Below the pieces are notes generated by a model. That model saw nothing but the letters and a program-made list of their open reading frames with translations. It was not told where the DNA came from and searched no databases. From positions 1,613,213-1,677,212 of the forward strand of contig CAWETI010000002.1 of NCBI GenBank assembly GCA_963812015.1: a stretch of DNA of 64,000 bases, given 5' to 3'. Source of the DNA: an uncultured delta proteobacterium (GTDB taxonomy: Bacteria; Desulfobacterota; Desulfobaccia; Desulfobaccales; 0-14-0-80-60-11). Of this stretch, positions 42,753 through 52,254 are shown piece after piece. Within the stretch, counting starts at the first letter, position 1. Every line of letters begins with the position of its first letter. The translations under genes and the position numbers were made by a program.

Positions 42753-43741
42753 GGCGTCTCCTCGTAAGGGATACCGAAACATTCCCGGTAGAAGCTATCA
42801 GCGGCCTGACGAAACTCCGCCGGGGAGATCTCTTGGGGAAAAAAGCAGTGGGCCATCCACCAGGCCAGGACCACCACTCGGGGCGACCAAGTAGAAGACC
42901 GGTCGGCCTTAAACACCCGGCCCGTTTTCACCGCCTGGACGTTCTGCCACTTGGGGTCCCTTAGCAGGTCGGCGACCCCGTAGGAGGCGGAACCCCAGAT
43001 CAGCACCACTTCGGGATTGAGGTCCACCATAGTTTCCATGGACAGTTCCTGGTTGAAGTTATCCACCTTGCCGCCCAGGTTGATCCCCCCCGCCAGGGTG
43101 ATGAGCTCCCCCACCACCCCTTTATTGCCGGTGATGGTGGTGGGCTTGCCCCAGAGCCACACCACCCGGGGGTGGGCCGCGGCCGGGATTCCCGCCAGGC
43201 GTTGCTTCAAGGCCTCGAAGTGACGGGCCATCAACTGCGTCACTTTTTCGGCCCGCTCGGCCTGCCCCAAAAGCCTTCCTATTCGCAGGGTGTCCCGGCG
43301 GATATCATCCAACCCCTCGGGATAGAGGGTGAACAAGTGGAATCCCTGACGCCGCAAAAAATCCACCTGCTCCGGTCTGCGGTCCCAGGTCACCACCATG
43401 TCGGGCTTCAGGGCCATCAGGGCCTCCACGTTGGCGACAAACCCGGTGCCCGGCGAGGGAATCTCCTGGAGATGGGGCACCACCCGTTTCAGCAAATCAT
43501 TGTCATAGGCGTACCGGGAAATCCCCACGATGCGATCCCAGGCCTGGAGCGCTGCTACGGTTTCATAGAATTCGAAGAGGACCACCCGGTGCGCCTCCTG
43601 GGGAGAGTTGCCCCCCGGGGGGCCCAGGGGGCACGGCCTCTCGGGAAGGGCCCCCTGGATGGGCCCGGTGAGGCCCAGGAGCAGCACCAATCCGCCCATC
43701 GCCCAGGCCCACCGGGAAGTTTTGGAGATTCTGTCAGCCAT
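42749..43741 (-). CDS. Periplasmic binding protein (FecB/BtuF class)
   Basis: Signal peptide, NVEALMALKPD, VQAVKTGRV. Confidence 0.85.
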   Translation of the reverse strand: MADRISKTSRWAWAMGGLVLLLGLTGPIQGALPERPCPLGPPGGNSPQEAHRVVLFEFYETVAALQAWDRIVGISRYAYDNDLLKRVVPHLQEIPSPGTGFVANVEALMALKPDMVVTWDRRPEQVDFLRRQGFHLFTLYPEGLDDIRRDTLRIGRLLGQAERAEKVTQLMARHFEALKQRLAGIPAAAHPRVVWLWGKPTTITGNKGVVGELITLAGGINLGGKVDNFNQELSMETMVDLNPEVVLIWGSASYGVADLLRDPKWQNVQAVKTGRVFKADRSSTWSPRVVVLAWWMAHCFFPQEISPAEFRQAADSFYRECFGIPYEETP

Positions 43742-43760
43742 CAATTGCCTGCTCCTTGCC

Positions 43761-46103
43761 TCAATATTTCAGCGTCAGCATGCTCCAGATGGTCCGGCCG
43801 GGAGTCCGGTAGTAGTAGTAGTATTCCCGGTTAAGGATGTTATCCACCGCAAAGGACATGTCCACATACTTCACCGGGCTAAAGATTATTTTTGAATTCA
43901 GGGTGAAGAAAGGATCGTAGGCGCCGTAAACCCCATAGACAGAATCGCCGTTGTCATCCCGGGCCGTCAGTCTGGAGGCATAACGGCCTGAAAGGTTGGC
44001 CTTGACCTTCCAGTAGGAAGCCGTGACCCCAAAGTTGAATTGCTGCCGGGGGGTATAGGTGAGATTTTTGCCCACCGTGACCGGATTATAGGGGTTGTTC
44101 CTGATCCTGGGGTCCACCAGGGTGGTGTTGCCGAAGACTTCCAGCCAGGACCAGAGCTTCTGGTTAATTTCTATCTCCACCCCTCGAATCTGGGCCTTGG
44201 CGGCATTAAAATAATTCTGGGTCTTGCCCGTTGGATCGGTAGGATCAGTAGTCCGGTAAATCAAGTCCTTGACGAAATTTTGAAAATAGGTGGCGGTGAA
44301 CGTGGTCCCTTTAAAGGGTTTCAGGGTGGTGCCGACCTCCCAGGAGAGGGCGGTCTCGGGTTTGAGATCGGGGTTGCTCTTATACAGGGTGCCGGTGCTG
44401 GACTGCCAGGTGACGTAGAGTTCGTAAATATTGGGGGCCCGGAAGGAGCGGCCCACCGAGGCTTTCCAGGTCATCCAGTCCCAGGGGCGGTAGAGCGCGG
44501 CGAGCTTGGGGCTGACCGCAGTTTGGTCCCGGCTGGGCAGGTCCACAATGGGAGTGCCGGTGGCCTTCATGTAACTGCCCCCAAAGGTCTCCCACCGATC
44601 CAACCGCACCCCCAGCACCGTATTGAACTTGGGATGCCAGGCGATTTCATCCTGAAGATAGGCCCCGATATTGCTGTCCCGGCCGCCGCCCAGGGAGCTG
44701 AAGTTTATATACGAACCGGGACTGCGCCAGTTGTACAGGTTATACTGCGAGTTGCGCGCCCAGCCGGCATTGTAGGAGAGGCCGCCCACGAACTGCTGCT
44801 TCTGGCCGATGGCCTGGTCCACCTGCACCTCCCCCACCCAATTCTGACTGGGAGTGCTGGACACGGTCCCCGGGCCGCCGCCGAAGGTGGTCAGGGCGCT
44901 GGTGGAACTGGGCGTGGTGTACCAGTTTTCCGGCTGGTTCACCAGGCCGAAATGGGACTTGAGTTTCGTGGTTTCCGTAAGCTTGTTTTCGGACGTCAGG
45001 TTGTATACTTGGGTATTGTTGCGTCCATCGCCGTTGCAAAAGAGGCCTTGCTGGAGACTGCTGAATTGCGTGTTGGTGCCTAACAAGCCGACGGTGCCAC
45101 TAGTCACCCTGGCGCCAGTGGCTGAATTGTTCAAATAGGAATGGTACATGTCATAGCCATAGTCGTAATAGCTCTGCAAGGTGCTGAACTCCACCTTATG
45201 GCCCGGGGCAATATCCCAGCTGATTTTGCCGTTGAAGCTGTAATCATTCCAGTTATTATCGCCGGTATCGCCGATGGTGTTCGTCCAGCCGCCGGTGGTC
45301 GTCTGGGTGGGTTGCCAGCCCAACACACTGGTTTTGGTCGTCTTGGCTAAGGCGGCGGTGGTTTTTTGCACCAGGCTGGTGGGATAACCGGTGGAGATAC
45401 GATAATTGAATCCCGCCTGGATGCTTACTTTATCCCAGAGACGATCGCCCGCCCCCAGGTAGTAGGTCCAGGCATCGTAGGTGCCGTAACCGCCCTGGGC
45501 CAGCATTTCCAGTTTCTGGGGGGTCTTGGTGATGATGTTGATGACCCCGCCCATGGCGCTGCCGCCGTAGAGGGCGGAGAACGGCCCTCGGATCACTTCG
45601 ATCCTTTCGATATTCTCCACCGGTATGCTATTCCAGATCACAGTGTTGGTGTAGGCGGTGGAGACATTCTGGCCATCCAGCAAGATCAGGGTGCGTTTCT
45701 GGTTATCTCCGGGAAAGCCCCGGAGATTCACATTAGCCAGGGTGTCCTGCCAGCCCTTGCCCCGGCGGTCGAAGGCCCCGGGGACCTGGGCCAGGGCCTC
45801 GTCCACCGTCTGGATGTTCTGTTTCTTAATGTCCTCTTTGGTGATGATCGTAATGCTAGCCGGGACGTCGTCCGGATTCCTCTCGGTCCGTGTGGCCGTC
45901 ACCACAATCTTCTCCAAGGCCTCGGCCTTTTCTTTCGGAGCCGGGGCGGGAGCTGGGGTTGCCGCCTTTTTACCTTCATCCGGGTCCACCACCGTCACCT
46001 TGTCCTCTGCTTCCTGGGCCCACGCCGGGGACTGCACCCCGAGGGTCAATACGCACGAGAACGCCATAATCACTCCAAACCAGAGCCCACGCCGCATTTG
46101 CAC
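43761..46103 (-). CDS. TonB-dependent receptor
   Basis: IVVTATRT TonB box, IERIEVIRGPFSALYG, NPDLKPE, C-terminal aromatic residue. Confidence 0.92.
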   Translation of the reverse strand: MQMRRGLWFGVIMAFSCVLTLGVQSPAWAQEAEDKVTVVDPDEGKKAATPAPAPAPKEKAEALEKIVVTATRTERNPDDVPASITIITKEDIKKQNIQTVDEALAQVPGAFDRRGKGWQDTLANVNLRGFPGDNQKRTLILLDGQNVSTAYTNTVIWNSIPVENIERIEVIRGPFSALYGGSAMGGVINIITKTPQKLEMLAQGGYGTYDAWTYYLGAGDRLWDKVSIQAGFNYRISTGYPTSLVQKTTAALAKTTKTSVLGWQPTQTTTGGWTNTIGDTGDNNWNDYSFNGKISWDIAPGHKVEFSTLQSYYDYGYDMYHSYLNNSATGARVTSGTVGLLGTNTQFSSLQQGLFCNGDGRNNTQVYNLTSENKLTETTKLKSHFGLVNQPENWYTTPSSTSALTTFGGGPGTVSSTPSQNWVGEVQVDQAIGQKQQFVGGLSYNAGWARNSQYNLYNWRSPGSYINFSSLGGGRDSNIGAYLQDEIAWHPKFNTVLGVRLDRWETFGGSYMKATGTPIVDLPSRDQTAVSPKLAALYRPWDWMTWKASVGRSFRAPNIYELYVTWQSSTGTLYKSNPDLKPETALSWEVGTTLKPFKGTTFTATYFQNFVKDLIYRTTDPTDPTGKTQNYFNAAKAQIRGVEIEINQKLWSWLEVFGNTTLVDPRIRNNPYNPVTVGKNLTYTPRQQFNFGVTASYWKVKANLSGRYASRLTARDDNGDSVYGVYGAYDPFFTLNSKIIFSPVKYVDMSFAVDNILNREYYYYYRTPGRTIWSMLTLKY

Positions 46104-46300
46104 TCTCCTTCCGCTTTGAGTTTGCGCCTCGGCCCTGGTTCTGATAGAAAAAGAGTGGGCCGATCTTCCGCATTGAGGATTGGTCTGAAGGAGGGGCTGG
46201 GACTCTTGGCGGGGTGCCGCCCCTCCTTCCTGTTACCGCATTCTTTCTATTAAGACCTCTCTGCCGTCAGGACCCTGTCAGCCTCGGCCCTCACCAGGCG

Positions 46301-46442
46301 AAAAAAAAGACCACGATTATCAAGCGGCGTTTTGCCGCCAGACCTTCGTGGCCATTCAAATACTTCTGAGAATTTTAGCTATCCGAAAGGGCTTCATGCC
46401 CTTCGACGGTTTCTATATAGCCCCTCCCGCAGGTGCTGTCAA
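46301..46442 (-). promoter_or_regulatory. Promoter + twin-hairpin/terminator leader (copy A)
   Basis: TTGACA-17-TATATA; GGGC-ATGAA-GCCC; GGCC-ACGAA-GGTC overlapping CCACGA..TCGTGG + T8. Confidence 0.8.
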
Positions 46443-46505
46443 GCAATAATCCGGGGCAGTCAAAAGCACATGCAGGTTTCTCGCCTTTCAGGATTCTTTG
46501 ATCGG

Positions 46506-46646
46506 GGTGATGTCCATTAAATTGTGGAAATTTGTCTCAGGTTTTTACCCCTACAGTTCTTGTTGAGCATTTGGATGATGCCATACAGGATACGGTCGGA
46601 GCTGGCCTCATTGGTGAAACAGTTGTTCATGGGTCGGGTGCGCCGG
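46506..46646 (-). mobile_element. IS256-family remnant (transposase C-terminus and right end)
   Basis: Reverse strand RRTRPMNNCFTNEASSDRILYGII..., ending atttccacaatttaatggacatcacc, like IS256-type IRs. Confidence 0.6.
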
Positions 46647-46744
46647 GGTTCCCCAGCCGTGGTGAAGGCCAACTTCAGCGAATATTTACAACGGCATCTC
46701 TGATCATTCAGCTTCCGCAGGCGACCTAACCCGCTTCCTGGGGG

Positions 46745-46933
46745 TTATTTCTCCACAAGAACGATTCTATGGTTCACCAGATTAAGCCGGTGGATGTCAG
46801 CCCTGATAACTCTTTGTTCGCCGAAAATGTTGACCACGCGCAGACCGTCCCCTTCGGGTTCGATGATGTCTACATCCGCCAACAATAATTCCTCTTGACC
46901 GTTTTTCATAACATAAGCGGTAGCTTCACACAT
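46745..46933 (-). CDS. CooT-family nickel-binding protein (Sm-like, Pfam 'predicted RNA-binding')
   Basis: MCEATAY..VNIFGEQR..LNLVNHRIVL; Cys2 conserved; 62 aa. Confidence 0.85.
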   Translation of the reverse strand: MCEATAYVMKNGQEELLLADVDIIEPEGDGLRVVNIFGEQRVIRADIHRLNLVNHRIVLVEK

Positions 46934-47393
46934 GTTTCATCACCTCTCTTAAGCGTTGGGTAATAACTTTCTCCACCAAGTGGGGCAGGGGTTCGGGAAC
47001 TAGCCCCACAATCTCCACCCGAGCCCGGGTTAAGGGCAGGAGAAGCTTAGGAGCCGGGGCCAACAAGATGGCCTCGGCTATGTGGGGTGTAACTTCCCCC
47101 ATCATGGCGTGGGCTAAAACGATAGATAGGGTTCCCAGGATTGCGTGCGCTTGGGGGACTGTTTGGACAATGGCATTTTCGCCGCTAGCTCCCCGGTTGG
47201 CCCTGGCCTTCATCATTTGGGCTGTGGCCACGGCGTTGGTCCCCAGCGCGATAATTTCGTATTCTTCTCCGTACTCCTCCTTTAGACGTTTAATAAGAGC
47301 TACGCCGATGCCGCCCCTCTGGCCGTCAATGACACAAATGCGAGGTCTGTTCCCTTTAAAGGTAGACCTGATTTCTCCTTGGGCTCCTGTCAT
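46926..47393 (-). CDS. DUF3842 family protein
   Basis: ICVIDGQRGGIG, ALGTNAVAT, GASGENAI, MMGEVTP; start uncertain. Confidence 0.85.
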   Translation of the reverse strand: MTGAQGEIRSTFKGNRPRICVIDGQRGGIGVALIKRLKEEYGEEYEIIALGTNAVATAQMMKARANRGASGENAIVQTVPQAHAILGTLSIVLAHAMMGEVTPHIAEAILLAPAPKLLLPLTRARVEIVGLVPEPLPHLVEKVITQRLREVMKHV

Positions 47394-47488
47394 GCGGTCT
47401 CCTGAACCAGACATCGGGGAATGTCGACCTCCCGTAAATCCCAGGAGGCGGTGACTGGACTAAGCAAAATTATTGATATGCGTCCACT

Positions 47489-48325
47489 TCAATCATTGCT
47501 CAGACGAAATGCCAGGGGGACTTCGATGGTCAACTTCTGGCGGTTGAGTTCGGCTGGGAAGGGAGGAAATTTCCCCACCCGGCGCAGGGTATTCTGGGCA
47601 GCCTCATCCAGAAGGTCCTGACCTGAGGAGCGGCTGATCCGCGCACCTTCGATTTGCCCCCCGGAGCCGATAGTAAACACTAGCGCTACTACTCCTTGAA
47701 TATTGCGGCGGCGGGCTATGAGGGGATAATCTTTCTGCTTTTCCAACAGCCGGCGAACCTCTTTGAGATAGCCTTGGAGCGCCGAACCGGCGCCTGAGCC
47801 CGGCCCCTGGCCTTGGCCAATACCACCGCCGGCCCCGTCCCCCCGTCCCCCGCCTTGGCCCCCCTCGCCGGTGCCCGAAAGGCCGCCCGGGCCACTGGTC
47901 CTGCTTCTGGTGATCGCGGTATCAGAGGGTTTAGCCCTGGTGATCGCGGGTGGCGGCGCCGGCGTAGGGATCACCGGTCCTGCGACGGGTTCCGGCGGCG
48001 GCGCCGGTTTGACCTTGGGCCGCGGTTTCGGCTTAACCTCAGGTTTGGACGGGGGGGAAACCGGCGGCGGTTTGGGGGTGGCGGGCTCAGGCCGGGTCAC
48101 GGGGCCGGGCCGGCCGCCGCCACCCCCGGCGGGTCCCGATTTGAAGGGGACCAGGGCGATGGCTTCCACCGGCACCACCACCCGGGGTTTCGATGGTCTT
48201 TCGTGAAAAGCAAGGATCACCGCGACCACAATCAGGACATGAACGACCACGGAACCCACTATGCCCCAGGACCAGGCGCCTCGAGAATTCCAGGGCTCGT
48301 CTAACCCTTGGTAACCGCTGGCCAT
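47489..48325 (-). CDS. tonB: Energy transducer TonB
   Basis: N-terminal TM with His, Pro/Lys-rich linker, YPLIARRRNIQG, SSGQDLLDEAA. Confidence 0.9.
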   Translation of the reverse strand: MASGYQGLDEPWNSRGAWSWGIVGSVVVHVLIVVAVILAFHERPSKPRVVVPVEAIALVPFKSGPAGGGGGRPGPVTRPEPATPKPPPVSPPSKPEVKPKPRPKVKPAPPPEPVAGPVIPTPAPPPAITRAKPSDTAITRSRTSGPGGLSGTGEGGQGGGRGDGAGGGIGQGQGPGSGAGSALQGYLKEVRRLLEKQKDYPLIARRRNIQGVVALVFTIGSGGQIEGARISRSSGQDLLDEAAQNTLRRVGKFPPFPAELNRQKLTIEVPLAFRLSND

Positions 48326-48327
48326 GG

Positions 48328-48723
48328 CTATTTCTGGTCTACCTCGATGCCAATGCGCTGGACCTTCAGACCCCGGAGGCGGTCAATGACTTCAATGAGC
48401 CGCCCGTGGCGGGTGTCCGTATCCGCGGCAATAATGGCTTGGGGCTCCTTCCCCTGGTGCTGGGCCGCAAACACCTTTTCAAAATCGTCATCTTTTGTCA
48501 GCTTTACCCCATTGACCGCGATATGACCTTCCCGGTCGATGCTGATGATAATGGGGACGCTTTCCAACTTGTCGGCCTGGGTGGCTTTGGGCAAGGCGAT
48601 GGCGAAGGTCCGGGGCATCATTACCGTGGCCGCCAACAGAAACACGATGAGGATGACCAGAACGATATCCACGAAGGGGGTCATGTTAATTTCGGTGATA
48701 GGCCCGTGAATGTTGCCTTTCAT
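48328..48723 (-). CDS. exbD: Biopolymer transport protein ExbD/TolR
   Basis: EINMTPFVDIVLVILIVF. Confidence 0.9.
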   Translation of the reverse strand: MKGNIHGPITEINMTPFVDIVLVILIVFLLAATVMMPRTFAIALPKATQADKLESVPIIISIDREGHIAVNGVKLTKDDDFEKVFAAQHQGKEPQAIIAADTDTRHGRLIEVIDRLRGLKVQRIGIEVDQK

Positions 48724-49415
48724 ACCGTTCTCCCGGCTTGCCGGACGGAGGGGAAGAGGTCTTTATCGGGAGCGGCGATTTCCCCGGTCCCAGCCGCGTC
48801 ATCCAGGTGGGCCAACAGCAGTTGCTCCAGAAACCGGCAGCGCTCCTGGACCACGTGCAGGCGGCGATGAAAAAAATTGAACATCATCACCGCGGGAATA
48901 GCTACCAGCAACCCGATGGCGGTGGCCACCAGGGCCTCGCCGATACCAGCCATCACCGCGGGGCCGCCGCCCCCTTCGGTCAGGGCTAAATCTTTGAAGG
49001 CATGAATAATCCCCAGAACAGTGCCGAACAGGCCGATGAACGGCGCATTGGCTCCCAGGGTCCCCAGGAAACTCAAGCGCCGCCCCAGAAAGAGACCCAC
49101 CCGGATCCGCTCACCCTCCATGATGTCCTGGACTGCACTCTTGCCCCGGGGAATTTCCCGGAGGCCGGCCACCAGCACCCGGGCTTCCATGCCGGGTTCC
49201 GCCTCACACCGGGACATGACTTGGGGCCAGTCGCTTTGCCGCAGCAACGGTTCAATCTCAGCCACAAAAGATTCGAGATTGAACCGGTAACGATAGAAAG
49301 CCAAAGCCTTGTCGAAAATGATCGCCAGAGAAGCGACGCTCAACCCCAAGAGCAGCCACAGCACCCAGGCGCTACCGCCCAGGGCTATATTAAGCAGGGC
49401 CTTGGTTATGTCCAT
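48720..49415 (-). CDS. exbB: MotA/TolQ/ExbB proton channel
   Basis: APFIGLFGTVLGI, GIGEALVATAIGL; start MDITK after GGGAGG. Confidence 0.9.
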   Translation of the reverse strand: MDITKALLNIALGGSAWVLWLLLGLSVASLAIIFDKALAFYRYRFNLESFVAEIEPLLRQSDWPQVMSRCEAEPGMEARVLVAGLREIPRGKSAVQDIMEGERIRVGLFLGRRLSFLGTLGANAPFIGLFGTVLGIIHAFKDLALTEGGGGPAVMAGIGEALVATAIGLLVAIPAVMMFNFFHRRLHVVQERCRFLEQLLLAHLDDAAGTGEIAAPDKDLFPSVRQAGRTV

Positions 49416-49426
49416 GCATCCTCCCG

Positions 49427-49577
49427 AAAAAAAACAAGCCATGCTGCTGCGATCCTTCCGGACCGCGGTTGCCTTCATGGCTTGGATTCACTCTATTGAG
49501 TTGCTTAGTTCGATCTTCAGGGAGTTCAATCTCCCTGGATAGCAAAAATTATAGTTCTCCTCTGCATCGGATGTCAA
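49427..49577 (-). promoter_or_regulatory. Promoter + twin-hairpin/terminator leader (copy C)
   Basis: TTGACA-18-TATAAT; CAGGGAG-ATTGAA-CTCCCTG; GCC-ATGAA-GGC overlapping CAAGCCATG..CATGGCTTG + T8. Confidence 0.75.
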
Positions 49578-49648
49578 CCAGAATCGTTTTGCAGGCTCAC
49601 CCGGTGGAAACGATGGCTTGCTTGGTTTCCTTCCCGTTAAATTATTGT

Positions 49649-49794
49649 TTGACAACATCTCCGTACGACGCTATATAAATGGGAAATTATCGGGGGGCAT
49701 GAAGCCTGCCCGCATAGAAGAGCTCGCAAACAGGTTTTAATTGGCCACGAAGGTCAGGCGGCAGAACGCCGCGTGATTTTCGTGGCTTTTTTTT
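49649..49794 (+). promoter_or_regulatory. Promoter + twin-hairpin/terminator leader (copy B)
   Basis: TTGACA-17-TATATA; GGC-ATGAA-GCC; GGCC-ACGAA-GGTC overlapping GCCACGA..TCGTGGC + T8. Confidence 0.8.
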
Positions 49795-49835
49795 CTGGTG
49801 TGGCCTGAGTTCCAAGAGCCTGCGGAGAGGGATTT

Positions 49836-51974
49836 ATGGCAAGGGCAGCAATTCTTATTTGTACTTGCATGATTTGGACAGCCCTTAGCGCCTGGGGGTG
49901 CTGGGCAATTGGAACCGCTTGCGCCGAGGACGCGTCGGGGGGAACTGTCCCCACGGTGACCTCTTCTCCCGAGACGGGCAAGACCCCAAAGGACACGGCC
50001 CAATTGCCCGAGATAGTGGTGCAGGAGCGCAGCGACAGTATGCTCGGCATTGCTGATACCTCGACGCAGGGAACGATTGGCGCCAAAGAACTGATGGATC
50101 GCCCCATCTCGCGTCCCGGAGAGGTGCTCGAGGCCATGCCCGGAGTCATCGTCACCCAGCATAGCGGTGACGGCAAGGCAAACCAGTACTTCCTGCGGGG
50201 CTTTAACCTCGATCACGGCACCGATCTGGCTACCTTTGTCAACGGGATTCCCATCAACCTGCCGTCGAACGCCCATGGGGAAGGGTACACGGATCTTAAT
50301 TTTCTCATTCCTGAACTGATCCAGAGAATAGACTACCAGAAAGGACCCTACTTCGCAAACGTGGGTAACTTCGGCTCCGCGGGCTCTGAAGACATTGTGT
50401 ACTTTCAGAAGCTTCCCGCCGGGATTGCAAAAGTCGAATACGGAAGCTGGAACTATGAGCGCGCGTTGCTGGCCGACTCGGTGAAGCTCGGGCCGGGCAA
50501 CTTCCTCTTCGCCCTTGAAACACAGCACACCGACGGGCCATGGTCAACCCCCGAAAATTACATAAAGTTCAATGGATTGCTGACCTATAGCCAAGGGGAC
50601 AAGAGCAAAGGCTTCAGCGTGACAGCCATGGGCTATCACGCCCCCACGTGGAATGCGACCAACCAGATCCCTGCGCGCGCAGTCGCGGAAGGGCTCATCT
50701 CGCGTTTCGGAAACCTCTCCCCCTCGGACGGCGGTTATACGGACCGCTATACCCTGCAGGGTGAATGGCACCAGGCCGATAAGGACTCCACTACTAAAAT
50801 CATGGCATATGCTTATTATTACAATATGGGCCTCTGGAATAATTTCACCTTTTTCCTGAATGATCCCGTCAATGGGGACCAGTTCGAGCAAAGGGATACC
50901 CGGTGGGTGCAGGGAGTCAGAGCCACCCGCACATGGTTCGGCAAATTGGGCGACTCTCCGATGGAAAACACTCTCGGGCTCGACGTTCGCAACGACGCGA
51001 TCCATGACGGCCTTTACCACACCGTGGACCGCGTGGTGATCGGCGTCACGCGTGTCGACAATGTTGTGGAAACCAGCCTAGCGCCCTACTTCGAGAACAA
51101 GTTACAATGGTTTCCGTGGTTTCGCACCGTTGCGGGCTATCGCGAAGACTTCTACAGGATGCATAACCACAGCGACCTTGCCGCTAACAGCGGCACTGTC
51201 TTGGCCACTGTCCCGGAGCCAAAATTCTGCGCGATCTTCGGCCCCTGGGCAAAGACGGAATTCTATCTCAACGGCGGCCTCGGCTTCCACACAAACGACG
51301 CGCGCGGTGCGAACACCACCGTCGATCCGAATACGGGCCTCCCGGTGCCCAAGGCTGTACCTCTGGTGCAATCGCAAGGAGCTGAGATCGGCGTGCGCAC
51401 GCTTGCCGTGCCGAACCTGCAAAGCACGTTGACGTTTTGGGCGCTCGACCTGAATTCCGAACTGGTGTTCGATGGGGATACGGGAACGACCGAAGCGACT
51501 GGCCCCAGTCGCCGCCTCGGCATAGAGTGGGCGAACTACTACACACCGACGAAGTGGCTTACGATCGATGCCGATTTTGCCGACTCCCGGGCGCGTTACC
51601 GCGGACACCCCAGCGAAGGAAACTACGTCCCCGAGGCAGCGCAATTGATCATCAACTCGGGCATCACGGTGCACGATCTCTACGGTTTTTCCACCAGCCT
51701 GCGGGTGCGCTATTTCGGGCCCCGCGCTCTCACCCAGGACGACAGCGAACGATCCCATAGCACCACCCTGCTCTACTACATGCTCAGTTACAAAATCAAC
51801 CAGATCTGGTCGATCCGCGGAGATATCTTTAATCTTCTCAATACGAAAGCCGCCGATATCACCTACTACTACGCCTCTCGGCTGCCGGGGGAACCGGCCC
51901 AAGGCGTGAACGACTTCATGTCTCATCCAGCAGAGCCGCGCACCGTCCGTGGTTGGGTGACCGCGAACTTTTGA
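49836..51974 (+). CDS. TonB-dependent receptor (putative metal uptake family)
   Basis: QHSGDGKANQYFLRGFNLDHGTD plug, HPAEPRT, C-terminal F. Confidence 0.9.
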   Translation: MARAAILICTCMIWTALSAWGCWAIGTACAEDASGGTVPTVTSSPETGKTPKDTAQLPEIVVQERSDSMLGIADTSTQGTIGAKELMDRPISRPGEVLEAMPGVIVTQHSGDGKANQYFLRGFNLDHGTDLATFVNGIPINLPSNAHGEGYTDLNFLIPELIQRIDYQKGPYFANVGNFGSAGSEDIVYFQKLPAGIAKVEYGSWNYERALLADSVKLGPGNFLFALETQHTDGPWSTPENYIKFNGLLTYSQGDKSKGFSVTAMGYHAPTWNATNQIPARAVAEGLISRFGNLSPSDGGYTDRYTLQGEWHQADKDSTTKIMAYAYYYNMGLWNNFTFFLNDPVNGDQFEQRDTRWVQGVRATRTWFGKLGDSPMENTLGLDVRNDAIHDGLYHTVDRVVIGVTRVDNVVETSLAPYFENKLQWFPWFRTVAGYREDFYRMHNHSDLAANSGTVLATVPEPKFCAIFGPWAKTEFYLNGGLGFHTNDARGANTTVDPNTGLPVPKAVPLVQSQGAEIGVRTLAVPNLQSTLTFWALDLNSELVFDGDTGTTEATGPSRRLGIEWANYYTPTKWLTIDADFADSRARYRGHPSEGNYVPEAAQLIINSGITVHDLYGFSTSLRVRYFGPRALTQDDSERSHSTTLLYYMLSYKINQIWSIRGDIFNLLNTKAADITYYYASRLPGEPAQGVNDFMSHPAEPRTVRGWVTANF

Positions 51975-52254
51975 GCGGAGCGGCCGCAATCGCTCACCGC
52001 AGAGGGAGCGGAGCACGCGGATGACCCTCCCCCCAAAAAACTGATCCACAAGTTATATTGAAGTAGTGCGCTGAAGGGAGGTAGGGAGATGAGCAGGAAG
52101 CGGTTTGCCCCCCAGGAGAAAGTCCGATCTTAAGGCTTTCGCTATCTGCTATATCTCCGCACTTCTCCTCCCGGCATTTGGCTAGCTGATATGCTCACCA
52201 TATACTGACCTCTGACCCAACCTCGCCCCCTTTCTCCCTCAACCCTAACTCATG

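Noticed and set aside
46301..46442. Calling the twin-hairpin leaders NiCo, Moco or cobalamin riboswitches, or canonical ANTAR sites
   Set aside because: They lack those consensus cores as I know them; loops are mostly 5 nt and widely spaced; left unassigned
49416..49478. N-terminal extension of ExbB in the ORF track
   Set aside because: This stretch is the leader terminator; the RBS supports a start at 49415
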